From positions 1,922,001 to 1,986,000 of the forward strand of contig NW_027191413.1 of assembly GCF_041146345.1 (NCBI RefSeq): a stretch of DNA of 64,000 nt, in the 5' to 3' direction. A model generated the notes under the pieces. The model was not told the DNA's origin, ran no database searches, and saw only the letters and a list, made by a program, of their open reading frames with translations. Of this stretch, positions 61,794 through 64,000 are shown one piece after another. The DNA comes from Neodothiora populina. Its lineage: Eukaryota. The position numbers and the translations under genes were made by a program. Every line of letters starts with the position of its first letter. Position 1 is the first letter of the stretch.

Positions 61794-63527
61794 ATGCGGT
61801 TCAAGGATTGGGACGTTCTCCTCTTCCCGCTGGACTCGTCAGCACCTTTGCAGGAGTTCAGAACATCATGTCACGGGATTGAAACAGGTATGTCAATCCG
61901 CAGTAGGAGGTGCTAATCACTAATTGAGTATGACAGAACTTGGTCGCACAGCAATGATTAACACATTCATATCCTCCATGCCAATGAACCAACCCTTTCG
62001 AATTTCCATACACAGCTGGGCTGGCCCAACGTTCTCCGATGAACTTACCTCCCGTCTCTCGGAAGAAGATGGAGCTCGGGCGGTCTGGGGAGTGAAGGTC
62101 TTCATCGATGGACACGCTGTGTAGTGGGTCATGCTCTCTTCTTTCCATCTCTTCTTGCAATATTTCCACTTCAGACTAATCATCCCATAAAGTAATGGTG
62201 TCTTCAGCGACGGACTTCGTTGGCCAGTGACCATTGGTAAGTGCTCGTTGCACCTGAGCTAAACTATAGTGACGCCATTCGTAGGTATTGTACTGACATA
62301 TGCAGACGCAACGCAACGTAGTGCAAGGCTCCTGTTCCCACCTTTTCATGAATCTATACTCCATCGTCGTAAGATCGATGTTGCTGAAGACCTCGGGCGT
62401 ATCAAAGTACTGCTCTCTGAAGGATATACCAGTAGTGGAGTAAGCACTTCTCGCCTTCGTCCAGTCTCACATGTGGCTTGCTTCAGCTTTATGCATGCTC
62501 CTTTGGGTGAGTTTCAGACAGTTGCTATACATTTTCTGAACACAACTGATACTACAAAGGCATGTTGGAAAACCTGAACATTGCATGGCCTAACAACCAC
62601 ATCTATGGCATTGAAAAGTCGGGTCCGGAGATATACTTCCTTCCAAGAACCGGCAGAGATCCAGCGATGCAGACAGTCAGCAGAGATCCTGGACTATCCC
62701 CATTCTCGGAATCGTTTCTGGGGTGCACAGGTGCCGACCTATCTGATGCTCATGTTCCCTCATCGTCAAGACGTAATGAGAGTCAAATGCTGAGCAGTAT
62801 GGCCGCCGCCTCAGAGCATGAGAGTTACGCCTTATCGACTCGCTGTGCTTCATGGAAAGAACCTGACACTGGATTCAAGTACACGCGCGCATCCGGGAAA
62901 TCAACGACGCTGCTACCTGATCTCTTCTTGAGAGCGACAGATGACATGCCGCGCAGTGTGGCAGGAAGAGGTCTCTTTGCTAATAGCGAATATGGGCCGC
63001 GTCACCGTCCTCCGCATGGCCAGAGCAGAGAAGATGTTGTGAAGTCGTCTTTGCAGTCTGTGCACGCCGCCGCGGCATGCAGCGTTCATCAAATGAACTC
63101 AATTAGTGAGGCCAAGAAGCCATCCGGAAAGGCATGTGAGACATCAAACAATCGCTCTGATCGACAGCCCTCGTATGCTTCGGACATCAGCATGCATACT
63201 GCATGTGTTCAGTTTCCGGATTGCATTGTTGACGACCCAAGAAGAAATGGATCAATTCATGATCCAAAGTCGGGAAACAATCTTCAGCCTACCAGTGTCA
63301 CTAGTGGTAGTGCTCATGGTCCAGCACATCGCGCGACGTCAGGTTCATCGGAGCAACGAGGTGCTGAACCCCTTGACCAGCTTGTTCGAAAGCGCAATCG
63401 TAGCGTCTTGGGTGCGAAGGATGCTAATGCTCCTCTGACGCTTCCACCGAAAAGCAGAAAAACAAGCAACACAAAGCTCGAGACTTGTAGGGTTGTCAGT
63501 CAGGTTTCCGAGGACAGTGTGCAGTAG
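61794..63527 (+). CDS. Conserved fungal hypothetical protein
   Basis: Exons 61794-61887, 61937-62123, 62193-62236, 62306-62506, 62560-63527 give a continuous frame: MRFKDWDVLLFP..PFRISIHSW..LFPPFH..GRIKVLLSEG..HAPL..IAWPN. Confidence 0.8.
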
Positions 63528-64000
63528 ACTAGATGATAAGGCTGTCTTCAAGATCTTCACTTTACTAGCAACAATCTGAATCGAACACATCGTCCGAGCT
63601 GATATGCTAATTGATCGTTTTCCCGGCCATGAGATGAGGGCGTGCTGGAAGAGTCATTATGAGGTAGATGCGACTATTGAGCGGCTCAGACATGTATCGA
63701 CTGTCGAGTCCTTCGAACTGAGCAGGTGGAGCTTACGGACCATGCCCTCAAAATCTCGTGCTTTTCATCGTAACCCTGTTCTCTTTTCTATTTCATCGCT
63801 GGCCATTGGCTCGTTTCTCTTCATTGTTCTTTATTTTCTCACGGCCATTGTGGCTATTTTCATCGTGTACTTACTACTGTGAGACATTCTGATCACAGAG
63901 CTACTTGTACAGATATTCATGACCCCAATTCTATTTCCTTATTATTATGTCTGTATATGTCTGAAGTAAAAATTGTTGCGTTGTACAGTTCTTATCGTGA

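Noticed and set aside
63604..63882. 92-aa ORF with a hydrophobic C-terminus
   Set aside because: Starts 77 nt after the upstream stop in T-rich 3'UTR-like sequence; no supporting motif

Overview
Gene-dense, intron-rich DNA from a filamentous ascomycete; an Eurotiomycete/black-yeast-like origin is my inference. I could splice about 23 protein-coding genes by eye. They include two FMN-dependent alpha-hydroxy-acid oxidases/dehydrogenases (both ending in the peroxisomal signal AKL) flanking the sulfur regulator metR, Sok1, an MHYT sensor protein, a Pof10-like F-box protein, the PP2A catalytic subunit, ESA1, NUF2, AP-3 beta, an SDR with an in-frame UGA, mitochondrial LysRS, TIM10, a head-to-head noxA-noxD pair, a GH55 exo-beta-1,3-glucanase, a GNAT-domain protein and a gelsolin-repeat protein. 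The most notable unexplained signal is a ~1.1 kb, heavily base-paired minus-strand segment (about 50560-51700) between two convergent genes. It contains a three-way junction resembling telomerase RNA CR4/5 but no canonical CCCUAA template. Also notable are a Tc1/IS630-type bipartite HTH fused to a Q-rich tail with no DDE domain, and a possible degenerate RecA/Rad51-paralog protein. No tRNA, rRNA, CRISPR array or intact transposon was seen. No database searches were run; all family assignments come from motif recognition.
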